Source of the DNA: Atractiella rhizophila
Lineage: Eukaryota
Direction: 5' to 3'
NCBI GenBank assembly: GCA_021432655.1
Contig: MU271339.1
Span: forward strand, 62,001-86,473
DNA length: 24,473 nt
Shown: in pieces, positions 10,274 through 22,221 of the stretch
Numbering within the stretch: the stretch's first letter is position 1
Layout of the letters: each line of letters opens with the position of its first letter
Program-made: the position numbers and the translations under genes
The notes under the pieces: generated by a model
Database searches by the model: none
Seen by the model: the letters and a program-made list of their open reading frames with translations, nothing else
Told to the model about the DNA's origin: nothing

Positions 10274-11149
10274 TGTAGTATGAACTAAGGGAATAAAGAC
10301 AAGAATTGAGCTGGGAGATGAGAAAATGCTCTCTAGAAACCGTCACCATTTTTATAGCCGCGTGCTAGGGATTTCTTTGTTGGAACAAGCCATGTATCTC
10401 TTAGCACTATGAAAGAACAAGGCCTTGATGAGAACAACGACTGCCTTATGGGGAAAATCAAATCGGACCTATGCGTTACGGACTCGTTCCCTCAAGGAAA
10501 TATGGATTTCGATTTGCAGGTGGCGTAGAGCCACTGGAGGAAACAGACTCGGAAGCACAAGGGATTGGAGTTTATGAGGTTTGATAAGATCTCGCGCATC
10601 GCGAGTATTTGCCGCTCTCTTAGTAGTTGGGTTTAATGGAATGGATTACACAAGTTGTACGTGCAGCGTCCTGGACGTATGCTCGCCATTACTTGCATTT
10701 TGCGCGGCGCACTTACGGAGTCGCCTCCCCCTCTCAGTTACCTGTCGGGCAGGTAAGTCTCTGCGCCTCCAGGTCGTCCAGGTCGGAGCTGACGGTTAGC
10801 TTAGCTATTCGTGGGATCCGGGGCACATTCTCATCGTCGAGTGCTCCCGCAAAAGGAAGTCCCTCCCGCGTAGGTTGTCTTTGTTGAAAGTGCTTGGCAG
10901 GGATGACGAGACGTGGGACCCTTGCGCAGCAACAAAAAAGAGAGAGGATGCCTCCCCTTGTTTTCTTCCGCCGTTCGCAGCCGTTCGCAAACACCGCGTC
11001 GTCGTGGGAAATCGAATAGCACTTTTCGTTGACAGGTAAGCTGGCTCGCAACCTCCAACGTCGCAGTTGGAAGATGAATAGCTTCTTTTCGTAACAGAAC
11101 TGCGTCCATCTAATTCTCATTCCTCCTTTTCATCTACTCCGACCTCGAT

Positions 11150-12872
11150 TGCCCACAACGATTGATGAGCGAGGATGCCAGTGCCTCTGTTCCTCAAGAG
11201 AGTATAGCGACGGTGCGGAAGGGTTCGCACTCCTCTTTCTGCTGTTGTTGATGCTTTGGCGGTGGTATCCGCTTACGGGAGAGGTGATGGGCAAGATCGA
11301 GAAGCGGTGGATGCCGGCTTGCAGGAGCTCATCCGTGACGAGCGGGCGAGAAGAAGCTACCTCGATGGATTGGATCGGTTCGATACAAATCGCGCGATGG
11401 GAGGCGAGACCGGATCTCACGATCATTCGGCTTCGCCGGTCCTTGCCTCTCTCCTCGGTACCACCACTTCTTCGACAGCTAACGGAAACACTGCTGGAAG
11501 ATCTTCTCACGTCGCTGATGCCCAGTCCGGTTCCGGATCTCCTCCAGAGACTTGGACCGGGTGAAAAACGAACTCGTGAGGAGGATGAGAGCAGTGACGA
11601 AGAGGGGAGTAGGAGGAAGCGGCCCGTTACATGCTTGATCCAATGGCGACACGCCGACGCGTCTAACGTCTTTGGTTCCCCTCCTACTGAGCTCGCTCAG
11701 AAATTCCTCGAACCGGTGGCTATCACCGTAGAGATCTCAAGGCTTCTCGGGTCGACCTTCAATCGTCGGCCTTCTGCCCTCCCTTGAACCGATCCACCTT
11801 GACGCCCCCTCCAGAACAAATATATCCCATTCTCTCAGTTGCGAGCCTATCAGCATGGATCCACCAGTGAGGGAGACGGTATGCTAGCCCTGGGAGGACA
11901 CGAGCTCACCCTCGATGGAACTCTGGCGGAGGAGAAGTGCTGGAGTGTGGATATCGGTGCACCAGCTCTGGTCTAAGAGCGTAGCAACAATATTCCGATG
12001 CTCGCCGATGGACTCGCAAAGCACTTCCACCACATCAGCGGTTTGTTAAAGGACGTCCCCGTCGAGCTACATCCATAGGAACTCGCATACGACAACGGAT
12101 ATCGGATCAAACTCTCTCAGATGCCTCCTAGAACGGTCGGCGACTATGCTGACGTTCTGTTCAACGGTGTCATTACTCGTCACCTCGTTGCGGGTGTCAA
12201 GAGTGGATCCTCGTCTACTCCTGTTTCTACTCTTGCTACTACTCCAATCAAGCGTCACGGCGGCTCCCATCGACCTCACAAGAACCTTGACGAAGCCTGC
12301 AGAGAGAGAAAAGAGGGACAATGCGAACAACCTGATGGGAATTGCGGAAGAAGCATGAGTGTTCTGCTTACGGAGCCAAGGGGCACAGAGCAGCGGAGCC
12401 TGCCGCCTGGGTCAAGATCATCAAGGAGAACTGAAGAACGCGAGATACCAAGGTCTAGGTACTTACGAAACTCCTTATGGAACGGATGCGAGCGCCTTCT
12501 CGATCCATCTGCCGATTCTTCCGAGACTGCCGTCCAACTCCAGCGTCCTCCTGATTCCTACCTTGACGACCCTGGAGCCTGGGGAGCTATAAAGTCTTAT
12601 CCTGAGCTCTTCCAGGTATGGACGCCGCCCATCGACGTCGATCACTCAAATCTCAGCTCTCTACTCATCCCAACCGAGCATTCGTCCAATCGGTCTTCCG
12701 GGATTCAGGGAAGCATTCTGGCCACATGCACCCAGAGACCAGAACTTAGAGAAGAGAGACACAACCGTGGCACCTGCACTATGAACAAAGAAGTTATCAG
12801 AGGATTGAGAGACGAGGAACTTGGCGAAAGACAATGGTCCCCGCCTTTCGACGATTGCTTCCGGGGATGTAT
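11150..12872 (+). mobile_element. Truncated tyrosine-recombinase (DIRS/Ngaro-like) retrotransposon: gag-like region and start of the RT ORF
   Basis: YPELFQVWTPPIDVD, HPNRAFVQSV / GFREAFWP (12666-12724, frameshifted), LRDEELGERQWSPPF and LLPGMY resemble the pre-RT segment of basidiomycete DIRS-like elements as I recall it. Upstream Cys motif EACRERKEGQCEQPDGNC. RT core, RNase H and YR are missing; 5' boundary uncertain. Confidence 0.65.
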
Positions 12873-13418
12873 ATAAGGAAAGAGTATTGGAGCTCAATGC
12901 TTCAGACGAGAGGTGCCTCATATTACCCCGTACAATGGATCAGGCAGAGACCTGTGTAGAGGCATTGACGTCGTTCGAAATCGAATCAAGACCTTTGCAC
13001 AAAAATAAGTCACTTTTCCTAAGGGGAGGCACACGATTGTTATACTGCATGAAGCGGATTCTATGACACCTGGAGCGCAACAAGCGCTGCGACGAACGAT
13101 GGAAATTTACGCCAACACCACGCGCTTCGCCCTCGCGTGTAATCAAAGTAACAAGATTATCGAACTGATACAAAGACGTTCTGCAATCCTTCGCTATGTT
13201 CAACTCAGCGACTCGGAAATTCTCAAACGACTAATAGAAATATGTGGTCCCGAGAATGTGCGTCTTTCCGCTCTATGTTCGCAGTGTTGGCTGAAAGGAC
13301 AGGTCAAATATTCTAGTGATGGACTAGCATCTTTGATATTTACTTCTGAGGAGATATGCGCCAAGCGATTAACAATTTGCAGTCGACATACGCGGGATTC
13401 ACATTCATTTCTCCAGAG
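12864..13418 (+). pseudogene. RFC4: Internal fragment of a replication factor C small subunit (yeast Rfc4 / human RFC2 type)
   Basis: [84 protein letters not shown]...[10 protein letters not shown]...[11 protein letters not shown]. Introns at 12913-12959 and 13258-13302 are retained. It has a stop, Walker B DEAD>HEAD, SRC>RRS and a frameshift near 13350, and lacks both termini. Confidence 0.93.
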
Positions 13419-16021
13419 CAGAGCTCTCTGCAAACTTTTCGACGTGCGATCAAAGCGCGAAAGCGCTCGCACTGGAAAAATTTCCTAGCCAGTTTAGATG
13501 AGCAGTCACTCTGGACTGCTTCGTCGTATGCTAAAACACGAGAACAACGAGAGACAAATCCCACCACTACGAAATCCCGACAATTCCTTCACTTACAACA
13601 TTGAGGGAAAGGCAAGGAGGTTTCATGACACCTGTAGCGCCTCGCACCCCAACCCCAAACTGGATGACTTACAAAAGACCAATGAACAAAGACTGGATAG
13701 ACTTCGGTGAAATCGAAATCCAGAAGCTGGATTGATACATCGAAAACGCAAAAAGGAGTCGGCACCAGGGACGATGGAATCTCTAACTGGGTCCTCAAAG
13801 AACTATGGCCTAACATCAGGGAAGTACTCTTCCACATTATTATTTCATGTTATGCTCTCTCTTACTATCCACAAAAATGGAAATGTTTCTCTATGGCAAT
13901 ATTAAGAAAGCCCAAGAACCAGATTACTCCATCCCCAAAGCCTATCGCCCGATCGCTCTTCTGAAGTGCCTTGCTAAAGGTTCTAGCCATGAAACTCGCC
14001 TTCTATACTGAGAAGCATCTCCTTCTACCAAACCAGCACTTCGGAGGTTGAGCTGGTCACAGCACGACTGACGCTCTCCTCTCGGTAGTCGAGTTTATTA
14101 TGGAGGGTTGGCCAAAGGGACAAGTGACTGCTGCTGTGTTTCTCGACATGAAAGGTGCCTTCCCCTCCGTCATTCACAGCAGGCTAGTCAACGACCTCCG
14201 GAAGGTGAAGGTCGAACCACGCTTCTGCGACTTGGTTTCTTCATGGCTTGTGGGATGGTCCACCTCCTACTCATTTGATGGCTTCACCTCTTCACAACTA
14301 CCCATCAATATCGGCCTGGTCCAGGCTCTCCACTTTCTCTATCCTTTATCTATTCTATAATGCCTCCTTACTCAAGATAGCATCTCAATGAGATTCCCAA
14401 TCGGCCGGCTTTATCGACGACGTGTCCTACTTGTATAGGTCGTCGTCAGTAGTGCTAGCTATGAGGTAACTGGAAGGGATGCTTGACGAGGCAGAGGAGT
14501 GGGGGAGCTCTCATGGAGCGCTATTTGAGAGAGACAAATCTAAGTTTGTCATGTTTACTCGCAATCGCCAAAGGATAACTACTGGTCTTAGACTTCGGTT
14601 CGGAGGCGAAAGACTGGATAGGTCTGACAACACAACCCTCCTTGGTGTTATTCTCGACAAGGAACTCCGCTGGAAGTCTCAACTCTCTTCCATCGAGGAG
14701 AAGGGAAGAAAGCGCCTGATGATGATCGTGTCGCTAGCTAAGATCACCTAAGGCATTCCCTTAGCTCAGTTCCGCCTCTATAGTCTGTGCCGCCACGGAC
14801 TACACCGCCGTCCTATGGCATCGCCCTCATACCCATTCTGCTAACATCAGAACGTTGGAAGTCCTACACCACATGTGTAGGATTTCTTTCGTGAATAAGT
14901 TCCCTTCCCCACTTCACCATATTTTTCACTCTTCCCACATCTCCTTTCCTATCGACCTCGAGATCCTAAACCCGCTTCCCATCCCCCCAACTTCCTCCCA
15001 CTCTCCACCACCTTGATACCTGATCCTAAGGGACTCGCACGTGAAGCGTATGACAAGATTGCTAACAACAGAACAGATCTACATATTTTTGCTGATGGCT
15101 TTAGTGGTGGGAGCCGCCGCGGTGGAGTTGGAGAGGATGGAGAGGATATGTTAGGCTGGGAGAAGCGGGAAGGAACTCGGCCTTTGAGGCGGAGTTGACT
15201 GCCATCAGAGTCGCGCTCGGTCGCCTCTCACGAGACGAAGACTACCCCCATAATGTGGTCATTTCTCGGCCAGTTAAAGCGCCATCATGGCCCTTGATGG
15301 CCGCCCTAGCGCACGCCTGGGTCAACATATCCTCCTGCACATTCACGCGTTCCTCGCTACTCTTTCCAAACTACACCTTCACATTTGTTTCCGACTTCAG
15401 TGGACCCCTAGCCAATGCGACTTGGAGGGCACCGAGGCAGCTAATAGCCTCGTGCAAGAAGCATTGAAGTAGGACGAGACCCAACCTCCTTATCCTTTTC
15501 CTTTCAGTCCATCCTCCTTTCCCCACACCATTTGTTCTCTCGTTCTCCCTCTGCCTTCGAGCCACAACACATCCAAGCACCCCAACAAAGCCAAAGGCGA
15601 ACTTTCATCAACTGCCACCTACAAGATGCTTTCAGAACTGCCAAGACCGATAGCCTCCGTGGTGGTTCAGCTAAGATTGGGACACATTGGTGTCAGGGAC
15701 TATCTGCACCGAAGAAAGGTGCAAGAGTCCCCTTTCTGTGAGTTTTGTCGTTCCCGTGAAACGGTCAAGCACTACCTTTTGTCGTGTGAGAGATACAGAA
15801 GACATCGCAGCACCCTTAAGCCAAACTTGGCCAAAGTAGGTATACAGCTCATGCTACACCGCAGTCCTCTCCAACCCAGACGCCCTCCCACCGCTATGGA
15901 AGTCATCCTTGCAACCAGGAGGTTTCCCACCCATGCTTGTGCCACCGAGAGGATCCTCAGACACAAGAAGAAGAAGCATGATGTTTCCCTGCCGTCTGGC
16001 ATCCGTGTTGGAGTAGGTTAA
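13419..16021 (+). mobile_element. 5'-truncated, degenerate Tad1-like LINE (RT, RNase H, CCHC finger)
   Basis: [79 protein letters not shown], RNase H (LHIFADG; LQWTPSQCDLEGTEAAN), QLRLGHIG...CEFCRSRETVKHYLLSC. Many frameshifts. A pyrimidine-rich 3' UTR follows and the 3' end is not defined. Confidence 0.93.
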
Positions 16022-16696
16022 GATGGCCTTCGCCCTCCCCTCACAAAGTCACTCCCCAAAGTTAAGCCTTTCTGAATCCTTCTCTTTCCCTTCAAATTTT
16101 GGACTTCCTTTTTTCACTGCTTTCCTTTCTTCCTTTCAGTCTGCCCTTTCTATCTCCCACAGGGACTTTCTTGTATTCATTGTACTTCTACTTATTTTAT
16201 TCCCCTTTTACAGAACACACACCTAACATTCTTTTACGATAGCCGCCATCAAGTATCCCGTCAAAGCCTTCCCTTCAAAGGAGTTTTGTCTCTCACCCAG
16301 CCATCTTAGACGTCATGCAAAACCCAAGAGAACACTACACCTTGCAAGGGACCATGAGATCGAAGAAGAGTAGGAGGGAAACATCACTAGAGGAGGAGGA
16401 GGTTGATGGGAGAGGTTGTTGAAGGGAGAACAGGAGGGTGAAGGTGATAGCTTCCGTCTCGCAGTTCCTTGTGCATACTTATCTCGATGGAGAGCTTCAT
16501 GGCCCTCTGGTCAGAAAAAAGCTCATTGATAAGGGAAAAAAATAAAATAAAAATAAACCCTCCCAGAAGCAAAGAAGATGGTCACTGAACTGAGTGGGTT
16601 GAAAGGAGAGTGGTTGCCAATGTGTGGAGCTTCTTGCAGCTCCTATCTTGGGAAGTACAAAGGGCTAGAGCAGTAAGACTTATCTTTGTAGAATGA

Positions 16697-18520
16697 ATGG
16701 ACTTGATGAACTCACAAACTGCATGCAGATGCCTACACTCATGCAAGATCAATGGACAAATTGTACCCTGTGATAGACCAAGCTTTGCGCTTTCATTTGG
16801 ACGCTCTGCAATCCCAGGACACCTGATGCCAGATAAAAGGAAGACTGAGAAGAGGTTTCTCTCCTGCAACCCCCTCCATCGAATCAAAGCATTGTTCCAG
16901 GGCACCACAAACTGCTGAGATAATGGGATACTTTAGGAGGAAGCTGGAGGAGACTTTGGCAAAAACAGATTACCTGATCGACAAGCTGAAGAGCGGCTAC
17001 AGGTACAACAACTTCCTTCATGGTACGGCGGTTCAAGCACTTGCTCAGGACAACATTGGCTTTATCCAGGATGAACATGAATCTGTCTTCATTGCGTCGA
17101 CAAATAGTGCAGCAATTCATGCCACCCGTGACTCCAACATGTGGTTTGTCGTCCTCTCATTCCTCAGCTTCGCCCTCCCCCCACTTGTCAGGACAAAGCG
17201 CCGTCATACCCTCTTTACACTTGGCATTCCTTATCCCAACAATCCGGTCAACATTCAATCTTTAACCCTCCCCTTCTACCAAGTGATGGCAAAGCTAAGT
17301 GGAGGATTGTGGATGTGGGATGCAGCTTCTCAGAAGTGGTTTGTTTGGAAGGGATGGCTTATAAACAAGCTGGGTAGAGGTCTCTTTCCAATTACTGGAT
17401 ATTGCGCTGAATATTTAATGTAGGTGACATGCTCAGTTCTGCGAAGGCAAATGGCCGCACTGGCCATCAAGGAAAGTGCGGCTGCCGCTTTGCAACGTTT
17501 CCGTCAGATCCTGAGTCACCACTACTACCTACTACTACTCGGTATATCGATTCCTCAGGAGGATGGCACTCTCCTTTCGTATCGTCCAGCTGCTTATGAC
17601 CCTCTCAATCTTCCGAATCGCACCACAACCGAGTACACACAACGCAAAGGACGCAAAATGCACAAGCAGAGGCCGTACGTGATAGTGGCGTCATCTCCGC
17701 CACCCCCGTTTCCGGATTCAAGACATTTTGTGATCCTTGGACGTTTTTTGCAGGAGACCTTGCCCATCTCTACTTGAAGAATGATGCCGAACTCGTTTTC
17801 GATGCTATGATGGGGATTAACAAGCAAGAGTCTGTTCCTGAGCCATGGCACCCAATGCAGCAAGTATGGGAGGAGTTTGGCCACATGGTTGAGCGCTCCA
17901 AGGTCGATATTCCCTACACCTTCTCTCAAGCGGCTCCTCGGAACACACATCGATTCCAAAACACCCAGTACAAAATGCACGAGTGGTGGGATGTTTACGA
18001 CTGGTTGCTAATACCTTGTCATCTCCTTCTGGGTTTTCCACTCGACATCTTACATGTTCTGGATTCTTTCGTTTGTGGCTGCAGGCTTGCATGGCAGCAC
18101 GAGATTAGCGAGCAGGAAAGGCTCAGAATCCGCGAGCTTTTTGCAAGCTTTGTCAAAATTGCGAGAAGGTGTACGTTCATAGAGATCGCGCTCGGCTTAG
18201 TCGTATGCCCATGCGCATCCACCATCTCTTGCACATTGCCGACTGGATCCTCTGGTGGGGACCAGGGATTATCTACTCGGAGTTCCCGACGGAGGGAATG
18301 ATTGGATTTGTTAAGAAACAAATTAATCAGGACAACAGGTACCAGGAGAACCTGCTGAACCAAGCTCTCTTACAGCAGCAGATGAATATTGTTGATATTC
18401 TGTATCCAGCCTGAAATGTGGTTCATGAGATAGCAGGTTCTCGATTTCAGCGCTTTTCTTCTATCCACTAGTCTACTCGCCTTGCTGGGCATCGATCCTC
18501 TCACGAATCTGGCTAAGCTA
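16697..18520 (+). pseudogene. CACTA/CMC-EnSpm (Tnp2-like) transposase, 5' part
   Basis: LPPLVRTKRRHTL..GIPYPNNP, GLWMWDA, intron 17374-17423, then GDMLSSAKANGRTGHQGKCGCRF, YDPLNLPNRT, YKMHEW, IHHLLHIADWILWWGPG..SEFPTEG. These are CACTA-type transposase motifs, with frameshifts. No CACTA termini found. Confidence 0.8.
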
Positions 18521-18555
18521 TGGTGTGAAGCGCCTAGTCCCAACTAAGTGTCCAA
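18521..18555 (+). repeat. Left TIR of element B
   Basis: TGGTGTGAAGCGCCTAGTCCCAACTAAGTGTCCAA; matches the reverse complement of 22222-22257 with about two substitutions and one indel. Confidence 0.93.
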
Positions 18556-18959
18556 TTCTGAAACTCAAAATGCAATACTAACTTTATGGACTATCCCTCT
18601 TGTAAATATGTTGCTTTAAGGGTCTAGATGGAAACTACAAAACAGATTTTCAATTGCAGTTCTTCCTGCTGAGAAGTTCTTTTTTTCTGCTCAGAAATTG
18701 GAACAGAAATCAGGTGACTACCGGTACCGTCATTGTACATGCCATTGTACGCCGGAACCGACAGCTCCAAGACAAGAACCTTAACTTTATGTGAAACATT
18801 TGCCCCACCATGCGGCGTTATATCTGTCTGTCCGTCTATCCCAGTCTTTTCCCAGCTTTTCTCTCCCACATCTCTCCTGTTGCCTCTTTGCCACTTTGCC
18901 TTTGTAACCTCCTTCACTTTCTTACAGCTCTCCACCACCTACCACTATTCAGCATCAAC

Positions 18960-21900
18960 ATGACCAATGACTCTGGTGGGAGACCCACCAGAGGGCAGGC
19001 TCAACGGAAGCAGCAAGCCCTTCGTGCACGACAAGCCAACCTCACAAAGAAGAAAAATGATGTGGCGACAGCAGCAGCAGCACCATTTGCTAATCTTCTT
19101 CCTGAGCTCAAGGTCAATTCACAGGATGCACCAATGGCTGCAGGCCCAGTGATTGGTTTGTCCTTCTCTGCTTTCATGCTCCTTCTCACCTGCTCACAAT
19201 GCTTCTGCCAGTACCGGTTATCAGAATCGATTCACTTTCTCAGGCTGACTTGCCGATTTCATCCTCCAACAGTCCAATTGACCCGGTTCTTCTCTCATGG
19301 TACAGCATGGAACGTGAAGGAGATGAAGAGGTGGATGCTGATGAGGAGCGGGAATCAGTGATTGGTAATGATGAAGCTGAAGAGAAAGAGGAGTATTCAG
19401 AGGAGGAGGATATGGGGGACTGGATGCTTGAGGATGAGGTGGTGCCACTGACAAGAGAGCGTCGAGAGGAGCTTCTCATTGTTCTAGATGAGCTTCCAGG
19501 ATCTGTTTATGATGAGTTGATGAAGGAAAAGGATAAAGAACAGTGGGAGGTTGGAGAGGGTTGGTTGAAGAGAGCGAGGACAGCCGGCATTGGATACTCA
19601 AAGTTGGAGCACAAGCAAGGGAGGATGACAAAATGGAGGCATGAGGAGGAGCGAAAAAAGAGGGCACAGTATGTCTGGTTGTCATTGCTTCAGACTCTGA
19701 TGCTTCTTCACAGAAATTGTATGAAGCTGGATGACTTCGGCTTTACAATACAGTCTTTTGCTCCATCACCGCCATCCCTTACTCCTTCTCCCTCACTTCC
19801 AAACTCTCTCAATGACAACTTTGTAGACCTTTCTGATGAAGACAACAAGTACGAAATTGATTGTCAACACCTCCCTGTGTCTTCATCGCCTAATTCCCCA
19901 TCTGCTTGCACTCATCTGCATTCCACCTTGGCTCCTCTCTCCTGTTCCACCTTGACTCAAAGCACGATAACAGTTGGAAAGCACTCGAGGACAAAAGATG
20001 ATGAAGACCTGACACCTCCTTGCTACCGAGGTCGCCGTTTTAATAAGCGCACAAAGGAAGAGAGTGCGAAATAGAAGGAGCAAGAGATGGAGCGGTACAG
20101 GAAGCAAGCAGCAGCAATCGAGAAGTGTCTAGGGAAGGGAAAGTTTGATACGGAGCTGCAGGCGAGGAGAGTGAGGGCACTGGGATCATTTTATAATCTG
20201 TTGAAGAGTGGGCAGAGAGGGCGTGTTGAGGCATCAAAGTACGCAGCAAGTGCAACTCGTTTCGGTGAGGTGTATGGAGCAAGATGTATTCGCATGTGGG
20301 CAAGACATTATGCAGAGACAGGAGAGCTTCCAGTCTCGAACAGAGGTCTGTCTTTAACTTTGACCTTCATTCCTTTACTGAATATGACTCCTGGACGGCA
20401 CGTAAAGACCTACAGCCTGCTGAATGATGAAAAGCTTTGTGCCAATATGCGTGCATGGCTCCACGAGCAGAAATGGAACATGGACCCAACCAAGATCCGC
20501 AACTATACTCTCTCCACACTTATCCCACAGGAGCAACATAAATATGTTCAGATGGAGCTGGAACAACAGATGCCGAAAGGACTAAAGCATTACCTTGAAA
20601 TCTCCGTTTTCCCTCATATTCAATACAAGCCAGGGAAGCGAGGAATTGCTTTGAGCACTGCTTGCCGATGGTTGAAAAGGGAAGGTTTTAAGTGGACCAA
20701 TTATAAAATAGGTCTTTATATTGAGTTAGTGGCTTTATGTCTGTGCTGTCAAAAGAGAACCTGACATTTTTTGCAGTGGGCATGAACGACCAGATGTTGT
20801 TCATTACCGTCAGAGCATCTTCATTCCGACATGGGAAAGCTTCCTCCCTCGCATGCATCAATACGACATCGATGATATTGAGAAAGAGATCATTAAAGAC
20901 CTCCCTTCTGGTGTTACCAAGGTTGTTGCTGTTTTCCATGATGAGTCCACCTTCACCGCCAATGACGGTCAGCACCATTCATGGTGCTTGGATGGTCAGT
21001 CAAAGCTTCGGAAGAAAGGTGCAGGAAGGGGGATTCATCGGTCTGATTTTATCTGTTCAACTTATGGCTGGCTAGAAGATGCAGAAGAGCAGTTGGAATA
21101 TGGGAAGGCCCATGAAGGCTATTGGGTGGCTGAGAAGCGTATGCTTTTCAGGTTTGTCCAGCCATGAGCTTTGAAGGTGATTTTTTTGCAGGTGGAGAAA
21201 AAGTTTATACCAGTTTTCGAGAGACTGCATCCTGGGCAGACAGCTCTTGTTGTCTTTGATAATTCCACAGGGCACGGCGCAATGGCAAGTGATGCACTCA
21301 ATGCAAAGAACATGAACTTGGGGCCAGGTCAGTTGGTTCTTTTCTTGGCAAGTCAATGTTGATGGAATCTTTTGACAGGTGGGAAGCAGCCGGTGATGCG
21401 TGATGGGTGGTGGTCTAAGGATGGTATAAAGGTACCTCAACCAATGATGGATGTACAAGGAGTCCCAAAAGGGATGAGAGCTGTATTGTAGGAGCGAGGT
21501 CTCTGGAGGCCAGGCCCACGTGCAAAATGCAAGCGCGTTGTGGATCACACTGATGACAACATGTGCTGTGCAGGTAAGGTTTGTTTATCACAGGTTGAAG
21601 AAGAAATCTGAAGCTGTCACAGAGAGATTGTTGGGCTCTCAACCTGATTTTCTTGAACAGAAACCTCAATTGCAGGAGTTGCTTGAGCATAAAGGACATC
21701 ATGCCATCTTCCAACCAAAATTTCACTGTGAAATCAATTGTATTGAGTTTGTATGGGGCCATGCAAAGCGATATACACATGGTAAGCACATTGGGCTCCT
21801 TGTGTTGATTAATGCTGAAGCTGTTTCCAGCAAACTGTGATTACACTTTCGAAGGATTACGTCGTACAGTTCCAGAAGCCCTGAAGTCTATCAAACTCTC

Positions 21901-22057
21901 CACAATCAGAAAGTTTGAGCATTGCTCTCATCGCTGGATCAGAGCTTACAAGGAGGGGAAGAATGTTATTGATGCTGGATACCAGGTAAAGGAGTATGCC
22001 TCACATCAAAGAATTCCGGAGGCACGAGCTTCGACTGGGGATATTTCTTTCATTTGA
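18960..22057 (+). pseudogene. Multi-intron Tc1/IS630-like DDE transposase with premature stops
   Basis: ATG at 18960; ARCIRMWAR, TACRWLKREGF, YID|GHERPDVVHYRQ (intron 20725-20776), VFHDESTFTAND, VFDNSTGH, PKGMRAVL*ERGLW (TAG at 21489), CCA, QPDF, QPKFHCEINCIEFVWG. Further introns at 21328-21378, 21574-21622 and 21782-21830; another TAG at 20072. Confidence 0.9.
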
Positions 22058-22221
22058 ATCATACTGCCTTCTTGTTCTTTGCCAAATTAATACTGCATAT
22101 GTACATATATATGTGCTTCTAAGAATATCAAACTCTTGCAGGTCCGTACTCAGCTTGCAAGCAAGAAGGGGAAAAATTTTGCTCAAAAAAATTGGAACAT
22201 GTGAGTCATGATGAGTCATGG

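Noticed and set aside
12864..13488. Functional RFC4 gene
   Set aside because: It lacks Walker A and the C-terminus, and has a stop, a frameshift and mutated DEAD and SRC motifs.
16533..16558. A-rich tract (AAAAAAATAAAATAAAAATAAA) as the LINE 3' tail
   Set aside because: Plausible but about 500 bp past ORF2 and with no matching TSD, so it was not used as a boundary.
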